64,000 nt of DNA, taken from IMG/VR virus record IMGVR_UViG_3300043570_001522. One strand, given 5' to 3'. The notes below the pieces were generated by a model that saw nothing but the letters and a program-made list of their open reading frames with translations, was not told where the DNA came from and made no database searches. The translations under genes and the position numbers were made by a program. Shown here piece by piece: positions 18,396 to 28,819 of the stretch. Within the stretch, counting starts at the first letter, position 1; the number at the start of each line of letters is the position of its first letter. The stretch is from an uncultured virus (IMG/VR IMGVR_UViG_3300043570_001522) (taxonomy: Duplodnaviria; Heunggongvirae; Uroviricota; Caudoviricetes).

Positions 18396-21300
18396 ATGGC
18401 ACAACAAAATGATAATCCGGGAACATCATCTGTAAATACTAATTCATTTATAAAAGGAATGAATAAAGATATTACGCAGTCAATGGAACCAAAAGAAAGT
18501 TGGTGGCATGCGCGTAATGCTATGAACAATTCTACTGATGGTGACCTTGGTATAATTGGTAATGAACCAGCAAATTTACAATGTGGCGTTATACCATATA
18601 CAATTATTGGTGCTATACATAGATATGGTGATCAATGGATTGTTTATTCTACAGATGATACAAATTCAGAAATTGGAAGATTTGATGATAGTCTATGTAA
18701 ATATGAAGTTATAGTAAATGATCCTTGTTTAAACTTTAATAGAAAATATTTAATTACTGGTGCAGCAAAAGAAAATTTTGATTGTACATGGCAAGTATAT
18801 TGGGATGATGGAAATAATCCATCACGTACATTAAACATTGATAAAGTACCATGGATTAAACTTCAAACATCAGCACCTGGTGATCCTTGTATTGTATATG
18901 GTGATTTACCAAATTTAGATTGTGAAAAAATAAGATTGGCTCCTTTAGTTAGTACACCTTGCGTTAATTTAACTAAATCAATAGATGGTGGTATGTTAAA
19001 AAATGGAGCATATCAAGCTTTTATTGCTTATACTGAAAATGAACAAAAGGTAACTGATTATATTGGTATTTCTAATATTCAAACATTATGGTCACATTCT
19101 GGTACAGGTGGATCATTAAATGTTGCAGTTAGTAATTTAGATAAAGATTATGATTATTATGAGTTAGTATTACTTATAAGAAATCAAGGGCAAGTATATG
19201 CAAAACGCATAGGTCTTTATAGTACACAACAACAAGATATTAATATTGATTATATTGATGATGCATTAGTTGCTGTAAGTTTAAAATTAATTCCTCAAAG
19301 AAGTCCTGCTTATGAAAAATCAAATGCAATGTATGTTGTAAATGATTGGTTAATTAGACAAGGACCCGTTAGTCAATTTGATTTTAATTATCAACCAATA
19401 GCAAATGAAATTAAAGTTAATTGGGTTGCAAATCAAATAGATTCTACTTATTATCATTTAGGTGGTAATAAATTAGGATTTTTAAGAGATGAACAATATG
19501 CTTTTTTTATTAGATGGATCTATAATACAGGAGAAAGATCTTCATCATATCATATTCCTGGAAGAGCACCAAGACCATTTGCAACGCCTACAGGAACATT
19601 TTTAGAAACAGACATAATAACAGGTGATAATGTTTTAGATAGTGCAGGAGATCCTTTATATAAGGTTTATAATACAGGAACAATTACAGCATCTAATTTA
19701 ACAGAAGTTCAAAGTGATGGTTCATTAATTATTGCTAGAGGTGAAATGGGTTATTGGGAATCATCTGAAAGATATCCTTCTAATAGACCTGATATTTGGG
19801 GTGATCTTTGTGGTAAACCTATTAGACACCATAAGTTTCCTACTGAAGAACTTGGAGGTGCAAACTCACCTTTACATATAAGTACAACAGGAGGAGATCT
19901 AATTAATCTTTTAGGTGTTGAGTTTACAAATATAGGTAGACCAACAAATAATGATGGAACATATATAACAAATGTTGTTGGTTATGAAATATTAAAAGGT
20001 TCTAGAGCAGGTGCTAAATCTATTTTAGCAAAAGGGTTATTTAGAAATATGCGTAAGTATACAGTTCCTAATGCTGAAAATTTAATAGGGGGTTCTGTTC
20101 AAGGATTATATCCTAATCATCCATATAATGATTTAAGACCTGATGTTTATTTTCATGATGGAGCTAATGGTGGGGCTATTAATAGAACAGAAGGTTGTGA
20201 TAATTATGGTCAATCAATTCTTACTTTTAGACCGTTAGGTTATGCACCAGCTGTAGCTGGAGAACCTTCTGGATATTCAAGAAAAGTATTTAGTTTTTCA
20301 TCACCAGATTTGATGTTTACTAAGCCTTTTCTTAATGCTTATGAAACAAGATTATATGGACAATTGTCTGGTAATTCAAGTGGTTATTTTAAAGCATCTG
20401 AAGATCATCCACAATTTAAATTATTAAGAAATGGTGGTGCAATAATAGCAGCTGTTATTGGTATTGGTTATGCTATGCATAAAATGTTAGGTACAAGAAC
20501 TAAAACTATAGAAGGTGTTAAAGGTAATTGGATGTCAAATGATTTTGCTCTGGCTAAGGGTACAGGAACTACTACAGGTCTTGGTTTAAGTGCTGCAGCA
20601 AATGCGGCAGGAGCGGCTACTGCTATTGGTATACAGACCGGTGTTCAATTAGCATTGAATGCAATAGTTGAGGAAGCAGCGGGTTTACTTGATCTTTATG
20701 CAGGAGGTGTTACAACATTTGCTTTAGATATATCTAATGGTATAACTGTTAGTCTTGCAGGTATTTCACCTGGTGTATTAGGGGGTACAGTAACCACTTC
20801 ACAAGCTAATGATTCATCAGAATCCACATTGCCTAAAATTATAAGACTTTTTATGGGTTTTACAATGTCTAGAACTAATATAGCAATTGGTGGAAATGAA
20901 ATATTAGAATTACTTTATAACTTAGTAAATAAATCTGATTTTGTATTTAAATATAATTCTTATGGGTTTTTTAATAAATATACTAAAATCAATACCGGAT
21001 TATTTAGAATAAAAAATACTGATTCAAATTACTTAGGTCAATCATTTCAATCATTTGATGCTGGAAGATATAAGATTAATAATTTATTTAGACCTACTAC
21101 TGTAGCAGTTGCTTTAGATCAAAATATAACTGAACCAACTGTAATTGATACATCAAGATTTACAATTGGTGGATCAGTTAATTCTAATAATACAGTTGAT
21201 GTTTATAGTGGTAATTATTTAGTTAATCCTAATAGAAAACAAATAAGACCCATATCTGCTTATTATGGTGCTCTCAAATTTAATTTTGATAATCAATATG

Positions 21301-24300
21301 GGCAATTAGATGGTATCAAACAAATACAAATGAGAGGTTGTGTAGAATATTTAGATCCTACTAAACCTAATGAATTTAAATATTCTACTACATCTATATT
21401 TAGTGGTGATACTTTTATTACTAGATATACTGAAAAAGTTATCATGCCAATATTTGCACAATATTTATTAGGGCAACCTGATGAATTTACATATGATTAT
21501 TCTCAACATGTTAATATTCCATATCCAAGATTTTGGTTAAATTCTCAAAAATTTGATATGAGCGTTTTAGCTGGTGAAATTGCTTCTCTTGGTATTTTTT
21601 CAAGTACTAGTGATTTAGATGCTATTTTTCCAAGTGATTTATTTTATTTAGATAGAGGTTCTAATAGTTGTGCTACTGGTTTAGATTCAATCTTTGGTGC
21701 TAATGGAGATCCTAATCCTATATTTGCTATGAGATATGCTTATATGTATTCACATACTAATGGTATATTAGATTTCTTTGTAGAGTCTGAAGTTAACTTA
21801 GCTAATAGAGATTGGGAAGATAGACAAGACGCTAGAATATATGATGTATATGGTTATAATGATATAGATGAATTGTTCCATGCACAAATAGAAAAGAAAG
21901 ATAATTTCTATAAGTATGATGAATCATTAAGTCCTTCTAAATTTGTAACACAGTTAGGAAGTTTTGGTGAAATTCAACCAAGATACTATGATCCTTTGGT
22001 TGCAGAAAATTGTTATATCAGTTATCCAAAAAGATTAATCTATTCATTACAAGCTCAAATGGAATCTAAAAAAGATTTCTGGAGAGTATTCTTGCCATTT
22101 AATTATAAAGATTTTAAAAATAGAGTAAGTGTAATAAAACCAATTAATAAAAGCGGGGCTATTATATTTTTTCCATTCTTATCACCACAAATGTTTCAAG
22201 GAGTTGATACTTTAAAAACATCTTTAGATACTAAAATAACAATTGGTGATGGTGGATTATTTAGTCAACCACTTCAAAATATTGTTAACTCTGATCTATC
22301 AAATGAATATGGTTCATGTGAAAGTTTAAGAAGTGTTATGAATACACCTATAGGTTTGTTTTTTATATCTCAAGCTCAAGGAAAGATATTTCACTTTAAT
22401 GGTCAAACATTAGATCCAATATCTAATGCTGGAATGAAATGGTGGTTTAATAAATACTTACCATCTCAGTTGGTTAAACAATTTCCTTTATTAGAAGAAT
22501 CCCCATTATCTGATAATGCAGTAGTAGGAGTTGGTTGCCAAACTGTTTATGATCCTAATGATGATATAGTTTACTTTATGAAAAGAGACTATAGAGTTAA
22601 AGCTAGATTTATTCTTGATGTTGTATATAATGAAAGTGAAGGATTTCTTTTATCTGGAAACCCTATTACATTAGGTGATCCAATATTTTTTGATGATTGT
22701 TCTTGGACTATAAGTTATGATCCTAAAGCTAAAGCTTGGATATCATTTCATGATTGGCATCCAGAATTTGCATTACCAAGTATCAATCATTTCTTTACAA
22801 CTAAAACGGCAACTACAACTATTCCCCAATGTCCTCCTGGTTATACATTTAATATAACTAATGGGTTATGTGAAAGGTCTATAAATATTGATCAACCAGC
22901 TATTGTAACAATAGATCAAATTGATTCTGTTGTTACTGGCGGTCCTGTAACATGTTTAGTAGATGTTGTTATTGCAATGGATACATCTGGTTCTACAAAT
23001 CAAGATGGTGGTGCACGTAGAAATGCTCAATTAGCATGGTTAAATACATTTTTAAATGATCCTAATATTGCAGGACCAATGGCAGCGGGTAGAATGCAAA
23101 TAGGTTTTAATTCATGGAGTTCTACCTTCAGAAACTATGATATACCAAATCCAACAGGTGGTCCTGCTTTGTCTATGAGTAATACAGTTACTTCAGCACA
23201 AGCAACAGCATGGTATAATAGTAATTGGTTAGGTACAGGTACAAGTGTTATTACTGGAATGACTAGTGGTCAAAATAGATTAAATCAAAAAGCAATAAGT
23301 CAATTAGGTGATAGAACTTCAGATCCCGCTTTTAGACAAGTGCTTATAGTAGTTACTGATACAGAAACTGATCCTGGAAATATAGGTTGTCCTTTTCAAG
23401 GAACCGGTATTTCTCCAAGTGCAACTGGTCCAGCAAATCAAAGAGTATATGCATTATTTTGTGGTTCAAATAGTTCTATTCCAACAAATCCTGGTGTACT
23501 AGGTAATATATCTTGTACATCAGGTCCTATAAATGTAGATAATTATCAATTTGGAATGAATGCTGCTATTCCTGCAACACTTAGTGCTGCTGCAATAGCT
23601 ATTGCTAATATAATTTGTGCAATTCCATTTGTTTGTGACTGTGCTCCTGAGTATACAAAAGTATTTTTTAATCCAGCAACTAGTGTTTATACAGCACCAA
23701 CTGGGGTATGTAATAATATTACACCGCCTATATGTAGAAAGATAACTTGTGAATGTCCAACATCTCCATTAGGTGCTACTACAACAACAAGTGGGAATTG
23801 TGATGATGTTTATTTAATTGGTGATCCAACTTATGTAAATCCAAATCCGCAAATTTGTAATTTTTATAGATATGATTCCACAACTGCTAATTACAGAGTT
23901 GGTTCATTTTGGAGACATAATGTTAGATGTGATAGCTTTGCTAATTATTATGGTACTAGTTATCCATGGGAAATAGAATTAGTTTCTAATACTGGTCAAA
24001 TGGTTAATACTGTTAGAAGTATGGAGTATCAATTAGAAACTTATGTGTACAAAGGAGATATGGGATATGCTTGTAATGATGATAGATGGGAAGATTTAAA
24101 TTTTAATTTTGATCAATCTATTATTTATAACAATGAACAAGTATCTGGTTTACTATTATTAACCCCAACACCATATAATAATCCTACATTAGAATTAAGT
24201 TACCCTATTATCAATACAAATAGTATGAATATATTATGTTCTAAAGTAGAACACAAATATAGATTTAATCAGTTCTATGATATTACTAATGATAGAGGAG

Positions 24301-24515
24301 AATTTACAAATTCTGAACAAGCAATTTGGGATACACAACCTAATGGATATATAAAACTTTTTAATACTACAAATTTAAATTATAATAAAGCTCCATTACA
24401 ACACAAGAAGTTCAGACATTATTATAACAATGTTATTTTAAGAAGAGTTAATTCAGGAAATAGAAAGATGTTATTAAGATTGAATAACACCAAATTACTT
24501 TTATCAATGAGATAA
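18396..24515 (+). CDS. Muzzle / tail stabilisation protein (P22 gp10-like) with inserted vWA domain
   Basis: 2039 aa. N-terminal FIKGMNKD..ARN and late WTISYDP...WISFHDW motifs as in crAss-like tail stabilisation proteins; DVVIAMDTSGS MIDAS at 22962. Confidence 0.75.
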   Translation: MAQQNDNPGTSSVNTNSFIKGMNKDITQSMEPKESWWHARNAMNNSTDGDLGIIGNEPANLQCGVIPYTIIGAIHRYGDQWIVYSTDDTNSEIGRFDDSLCKYEVIVNDPCLNFNRKYLITGAAKENFDCTWQVYWDDGNNPSRTLNIDKVPWIKLQTSAPGDPCIVYGDLPNLDCEKIRLAPLVSTPCVNLTKSIDGGMLKNGAYQAFIAYTENEQKVTDYIGISNIQTLWSHSGTGGSLNVAVSNLDKDYDYYELVLLIRNQGQVYAKRIGLYSTQQQDINIDYIDDALVAVSLKLIPQRSPAYEKSNAMYVVNDWLIRQGPVSQFDFNYQPIANEIKVNWVANQIDSTYYHLGGNKLGFLRDEQYAFFIRWIYNTGERSSSYHIPGRAPRPFATPTGTFLETDIITGDNVLDSAGDPLYKVYNTGTITASNLTEVQSDGSLIIARGEMGYWESSERYPSNRPDIWGDLCGKPIRHHKFPTEELGGANSPLHISTTGGDLINLLGVEFTNIGRPTNNDGTYITNVVGYEILKGSRAGAKSILAKGLFRNMRKYTVPNAENLIGGSVQGLYPNHPYNDLRPDVYFHDGANGGAINRTEGCDNYGQSILTFRPLGYAPAVAGEPSGYSRKVFSFSSPDLMFTKPFLNAYETRLYGQLSGNSSGYFKASEDHPQFKLLRNGGAIIAAVIGIGYAMHKMLGTRTKTIEGVKGNWMSNDFALAKGTGTTTGLGLSAAANAAGAATAIGIQTGVQLALNAIVEEAAGLLDLYAGGVTTFALDISNGITVSLAGISPGVLGGTVTTSQANDSSESTLPKIIRLFMGFTMSRTNIAIGGNEILELLYNLVNKSDFVFKYNSYGFFNKYTKINTGLFRIKNTDSNYLGQSFQSFDAGRYKINNLFRPTTVAVALDQNITEPTVIDTSRFTIGGSVNSNNTVDVYSGNYLVNPNRKQIRPISAYYGALKFNFDNQYGQLDGIKQIQMRGCVEYLDPTKPNEFKYSTTSIFSGDTFITRYTEKVIMPIFAQYLLGQPDEFTYDYSQHVNIPYPRFWLNSQKFDMSVLAGEIASLGIFSSTSDLDAIFPSDLFYLDRGSNSCATGLDSIFGANGDPNPIFAMRYAYMYSHTNGILDFFVESEVNLANRDWEDRQDARIYDVYGYNDIDELFHAQIEKKDNFYKYDESLSPSKFVTQLGSFGEIQPRYYDPLVAENCYISYPKRLIYSLQAQMESKKDFWRVFLPFNYKDFKNRVSVIKPINKSGAIIFFPFLSPQMFQGVDTLKTSLDTKITIGDGGLFSQPLQNIVNSDLSNEYGSCESLRSVMNTPIGLFFISQAQGKIFHFNGQTLDPISNAGMKWWFNKYLPSQLVKQFPLLEESPLSDNAVVGVGCQTVYDPNDDIVYFMKRDYRVKARFILDVVYNESEGFLLSGNPITLGDPIFFDDCSWTISYDPKAKAWISFHDWHPEFALPSINHFFTTKTATTTIPQCPPGYTFNITNGLCERSINIDQPAIVTIDQIDSVVTGGPVTCLVDVVIAMDTSGSTNQDGGARRNAQLAWLNTFLNDPNIAGPMAAGRMQIGFNSWSSTFRNYDIPNPTGGPALSMSNTVTSAQATAWYNSNWLGTGTSVITGMTSGQNRLNQKAISQLGDRTSDPAFRQVLIVVTDTETDPGNIGCPFQGTGISPSATGPANQRVYALFCGSNSSIPTNPGVLGNISCTSGPINVDNYQFGMNAAIPATLSAAAIAIANIICAIPFVCDCAPEYTKVFFNPATSVYTAPTGVCNNITPPICRKITCECPTSPLGATTTTSGNCDDVYLIGDPTYVNPNPQICNFYRYDSTTANYRVGSFWRHNVRCDSFANYYGTSYPWEIELVSNTGQMVNTVRSMEYQLETYVYKGDMGYACNDDRWEDLNFNFDQSIIYNNEQVSGLLLLTPTPYNNPTLELSYPIINTNSMNILCSKVEHKYRFNQFYDITNDRGEFTNSEQAIWDTQPNGYIKLFNTTNLNYNKAPLQHKKFRHYYNNVILRRVNSGNRKMLLRLNNTKLLLSMR

Positions 24516-27500
24516 TGAAGAAAGAGATACAACAACTAGAGCGCAGAGGATTACCGGGTGGTCCAAATGAAATGTTTACCTATACTACAGGTGTATTTTC
24601 TACAGAAGGATTTAGAATGGATAGCCCGGATGTGAATAATTATCAAAACATTATTCCATCTGGTTCCATTAGTATGAAGGAAAGAGATGGAAGTCCTTTG
24701 AGAAAGGGTCCAATCCATGGTATAGATAATCTAGGTTATGAGCAAGTTATGTATCCGGGATTTGATTATCAGTTTCCTGGTACAGAAGTAACAGAAACAT
24801 TAATAGCTAAGATGGGTGGTGCTTTATTAGATAAAACTATTAAGTGTGGTAACTGCGGTTGGGAATGGAAAGCTGCTGATGGTGGATCTGATCTTTATAA
24901 TTGTCATAAATGTAAAGGTGGTAAAGGTTTAATAAAAGCACAAGGTGGTACTGAAACAAAACCTAAATTAGGTGCAGGTAAATATTATACCACTACTGGT
25001 AAAATAGTTGACTGGGGAACTCCTGAATATGAGGCAGCTTACAATAGAGGAGAAGTGTTATCTGAAGATGGTATACCTTCTGAAGTAACTTTACAAGGAG
25101 GTACACTTCCTGAAGTTGTAATAAACAATAATTATAAAAATAATTTTTGGGAAAACTACAGAGATAAAATAGTAGAAGAAAATAAAGATGCTGGTTTATT
25201 GGGTGCTATAATAGGTACACCTCTTTCTGCTGTAACAAGTCTTCCACAACTTGCAGCAACATATGCTGTTACAGGAAAAGTACAAAGACCATCTGAAGCA
25301 ATGGATATACAAAATCCTTATGGTGCCATGGCAGTTGATGCTATAGCAGATCCTTCCAACTGGATTGGAGCAGGTGAGTTAACTGCATTAGGTAGATTAA
25401 CAAAAGAACAAGCACTTGCAAAATTAGCAAAGATACCTAGAGGTATAGCTCCTGAGTTAAGAGAAGGATTAAGAACAAATGGTTTAACATTTAATGGTAC
25501 TCCAAGAAAATATCCTATAAATAATTACCAACGTGCAGCAACTGAAGATGTTAATAAATTATTTGAAGAATTTCCAGAATTAGCAAAAATTGGAAGCAAA
25601 GAAGATTACATAAAACATTTAGAAACAATACATCCAGAAACTACACAACCTGGAATATTTTACCGTGGTTCAAATAATCCAAATTTAAATGCCTCAGAAT
25701 GGACACCAAATCCAGGTGGTGGAAATAATTTAGGAGAAGGTTTTTATTTTACACCTGATCCATTTAAAGCTGAAAAATATGGTAAAGAAGCAAAAGCATT
25801 ATTGAATATAAAAGATCCAACTTATACAAGTGTAAAGTTAAATATGAATGGTTTTTCTGTTCCAAAGGGTATGACAACAAAAGATCTTGTAGGAGAAGGA
25901 AGTGCGGCAATTAGTATAGAAAATCCAAATAGAGATTTATTTACAGAATTAGGAAATCTTTCTGAAGGCTACATGCGTAAATATACAGGAGATTTAGATG
26001 AACAGGGATTTCCTGTAGCAACAAGACCTTATGAAACTCATCCAGATTATATAGATTATTCTAAAATAGATGAAATTGCTGTTCCTAATAATTCACAGAT
26101 ACATGTATTAGGTTCTGATGCAGATAAAGAATTATTTAAAAATTATATAAATAATAATAAAAAAAGAATTGCACCTTATGATCCACTTCAACCTTTAGGT
26201 GATAATGCATTAAACAATAAAGACAGAATAGTTCATACTTTAGATGATGTAGAATTTACTCCACAAGATGAAATACAAGAACTTCATAATAACTTGTTAA
26301 GTAGATTTAATACTGAAGAAGGAAAAAGAAGACTAGCATTACTTGGAATAGATAATACAAAATTAAATCCAGCAGAACTTTCTTTTAATAATACTGGCAG
26401 TGGTTATTTTCCAACTGATAATACTATGGATATAGATTTGCAAGAAGCTATTCAATTAGGTATAGATCCATCAACAGTTTATGCACATGAAACAGGTCAT
26501 TGGTTAGGAAAACAATATGGAGATCAGTCTGCAACATTAATGGATGAAGACTTTTATGATACACCAATGGATCAAGAGTTTATAGCATCTTATCCTGAAA
26601 ATTTAGCTGATGAATTATTGGCTAAAAATCCTAATGTTGATTTTGGTAAAATTTCAAAAGAAACTTCAGCAGCATATATGTTAAGAAATAAAGATGAGGC
26701 ATTTCCTTTTCTTAGAGAGATGAGACAAAATATGTTGAACAAAGGTTATATCAATGATGAGTATGATGATATATCTCAAGAAACAATAGATAGATTTATT
26801 AAAGAAAATCCAGATGATAGAATTTCATCTTTTACAGAACCAAACTCAAAACAATCTAAAACTATATATGAACTTTTTAAAAATTTACCTACAGTAGTTC
26901 CTGGAGCAATTGGTTTAGGTACAGTAGGTTTAATGCAAGAAGAAGATGGTGGTGAACCTAGTACACAAACTACAACTACACCAAGTCCATTAGTTGAATA
27001 TGTAGTTAAAAAAGGAGATACACTTAGTAAAATTGCTGCAGCAAATAATACTTCTGTTAGGAGTATTATGAAAAATAATGAAAGCATTGCAGATCCAAAT
27101 GTAATTAGTATTAATCAAAAGATTAATCTTGCAACTCAAATCCCTAATGCACCTGTAGAAGAAGTATATAAAGATTGGAATACAATAAGAGACAAGAAAG
27201 ATAAAATTAATAAGTTATCTGATGAACAAAAGATTGTAAGTTTTCATAATGACAAACCAGAAGAATCATATCTTATAGTTGATAAGAAGAATGCTGTAAT
27301 GAAACTTTATACAGGTGGTAATTTAACAAAGTCATTTGAAGTTGGTGTTGGTCAAAATCCTGGTGATGCGCAAACTGTTACTAAAGTTAAAGATGGTAAA
27401 ACAGATTGGTCTGCTGGAAATAAATCTACTGGTGCCGGTATCTACACTATATCAAATATTAATCCTGCTAGTGAAGAATACTACAATGAGCCTGCATTTA

Positions 27501-28759
27501 ATTTAAAAAATGAAAATGGTATTGAAGTATCAACTACAATTCATGGTACTCCTAAACCTAGGAGAATTAAGTTTAACAACGGAACTGTTGTAGATAATAG
27601 AATGAGCAATGGTTGTATTAATGGTAAGTGTGAAGATCTTAAAGAACTATATGGTCAATTAGATGTAAATACAAAGGTTTATATTTTACCTGAAGATGTA
27701 GGAAATAATTTTCAAATTGTAGATGGTAAACCTGCATTAAGAGTATCTTCTCAAAATAGACAAAAATATAATACATATGTAGATCAAACAGGTGCTACAC
27801 AAAAAGGCCAGGGTGCTAATCAAACAACTAATACATTAGTATACAAACCTATTAAAGCAACTTTAGATGAAGCAAAATTTAAAAATAATGTGTTTCAATG
27901 GAATGACTTTAATGATGAAAAAGAATATGCTAGTACTACTAAACCTTTTATTGCTGCATTAACTACAGGAAAAAAAGATGTAATGAAAGCAGCTAAAATT
28001 TCATCTGACGTTTATAATGAATTAGCTAAAATGAGTTTTGGTATATATGGTACTGAAAGTAATTTTGGAGATACTCATAGTGCTGTTGGTAATTTAGCAA
28101 GAGCTACTAATAAACTTTTAGATTCTAAATCATCAAGTAGTCCTGACTATAAATCAAAAGCAAGTACTTATGGAGCTGATGAAAATTATAGAAGTGTTGG
28201 ATTAACTCAGTTGAGATGGAACTATTTAAATGCAGATGAAAAGAAAGCATTAAAAGAAGTAGGAATTACATCTAATAAAGATTTCCTTAATCCTAAAAAA
28301 GCAGCTATAGGTACAGTTACAGTATTGGGTGTAAGATATAATCAACAGCTTAATGATAAACAAAAACAAGATGTTTGGAAATACTTACCTACAAAATGGA
28401 ATAACCGTGCTAACTATAGTGACCGTGTTAAAAGTAATTCATCTTATTTATCATTCAAACAACTAGATAAAAAACAAGAAGGTGGTGAATCAAAACCAGG
28501 TCCATTAATGAAAGCATATAATAGACTACCAAAACAAAAGAAAATGGGAGGAGCTATTGCTAATAAAAAACAATTTGGTGGTCAATTAAATTCTGGTAAT
28601 ATCAATATGTACAGAGATTATATAAAAGGTACTATTGGAAATGAAATAGAAGCAATAAAAAATTATGATAAATTAAATAGAATTTACTATACTAAAGCAA
28701 AAGAATCAGGAATGACTGTAGCAAATTATATAATGACGTATATTGCAAACAATTCTTAA
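24515..28759 (+). CDS. Polyvalent cargo protein: Zn ribbon, ART-like, zincin, LysM, L,D-transpeptidase and lysozyme-like domains
   Basis: CGNCGWEW...CHKC; FYRGS/LGEGFYFT/EIAV; HETGH; YVVKKGDTLSKIA; IHGT...SNGCIN; TESNFG...GLTQL. Confidence 0.75.
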   Translation: MKKEIQQLERRGLPGGPNEMFTYTTGVFSTEGFRMDSPDVNNYQNIIPSGSISMKERDGSPLRKGPIHGIDNLGYEQVMYPGFDYQFPGTEVTETLIAKMGGALLDKTIKCGNCGWEWKAADGGSDLYNCHKCKGGKGLIKAQGGTETKPKLGAGKYYTTTGKIVDWGTPEYEAAYNRGEVLSEDGIPSEVTLQGGTLPEVVINNNYKNNFWENYRDKIVEENKDAGLLGAIIGTPLSAVTSLPQLAATYAVTGKVQRPSEAMDIQNPYGAMAVDAIADPSNWIGAGELTALGRLTKEQALAKLAKIPRGIAPELREGLRTNGLTFNGTPRKYPINNYQRAATEDVNKLFEEFPELAKIGSKEDYIKHLETIHPETTQPGIFYRGSNNPNLNASEWTPNPGGGNNLGEGFYFTPDPFKAEKYGKEAKALLNIKDPTYTSVKLNMNGFSVPKGMTTKDLVGEGSAAISIENPNRDLFTELGNLSEGYMRKYTGDLDEQGFPVATRPYETHPDYIDYSKIDEIAVPNNSQIHVLGSDADKELFKNYINNNKKRIAPYDPLQPLGDNALNNKDRIVHTLDDVEFTPQDEIQELHNNLLSRFNTEEGKRRLALLGIDNTKLNPAELSFNNTGSGYFPTDNTMDIDLQEAIQLGIDPSTVYAHETGHWLGKQYGDQSATLMDEDFYDTPMDQEFIASYPENLADELLAKNPNVDFGKISKETSAAYMLRNKDEAFPFLREMRQNMLNKGYINDEYDDISQETIDRFIKENPDDRISSFTEPNSKQSKTIYELFKNLPTVVPGAIGLGTVGLMQEEDGGEPSTQTTTTPSPLVEYVVKKGDTLSKIAAANNTSVRSIMKNNESIADPNVISINQKINLATQIPNAPVEEVYKDWNTIRDKKDKINKLSDEQKIVSFHNDKPEESYLIVDKKNAVMKLYTGGNLTKSFEVGVGQNPGDAQTVTKVKDGKTDWSAGNKSTGAGIYTISNINPASEEYYNEPAFNLKNENGIEVSTTIHGTPKPRRIKFNNGTVVDNRMSNGCINGKCEDLKELYGQLDVNTKVYILPEDVGNNFQIVDGKPALRVSSQNRQKYNTYVDQTGATQKGQGANQTTNTLVYKPIKATLDEAKFKNNVFQWNDFNDEKEYASTTKPFIAALTTGKKDVMKAAKISSDVYNELAKMSFGIYGTESNFGDTHSAVGNLARATNKLLDSKSSSSPDYKSKASTYGADENYRSVGLTQLRWNYLNADEKKALKEVGITSNKDFLNPKKAAIGTVTVLGVRYNQQLNDKQKQDVWKYLPTKWNNRANYSDRVKSNSSYLSFKQLDKKQEGGESKPGPLMKAYNRLPKQKKMGGAIANKKQFGGQLNSGNINMYRDYIKGTIGNEIEAIKNYDKLNRIYYTKAKESGMTVANYIMTYIANNS

Positions 28760-28785
28760 ACCTTAAAAATTAGTAAATCTATTGA

Positions 28786-28804
28786 TTTATTTGTATATTA
28801 ATAA
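28786..28804 (+). promoter_or_regulatory. Putative phage promoter motif TTTATTTGTATATTAATAA
   Basis: Repeated motif upstream of GTG 28820. Confidence 0.5.
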
Positions 28805-28819
28805 TATAATCTAGATACC

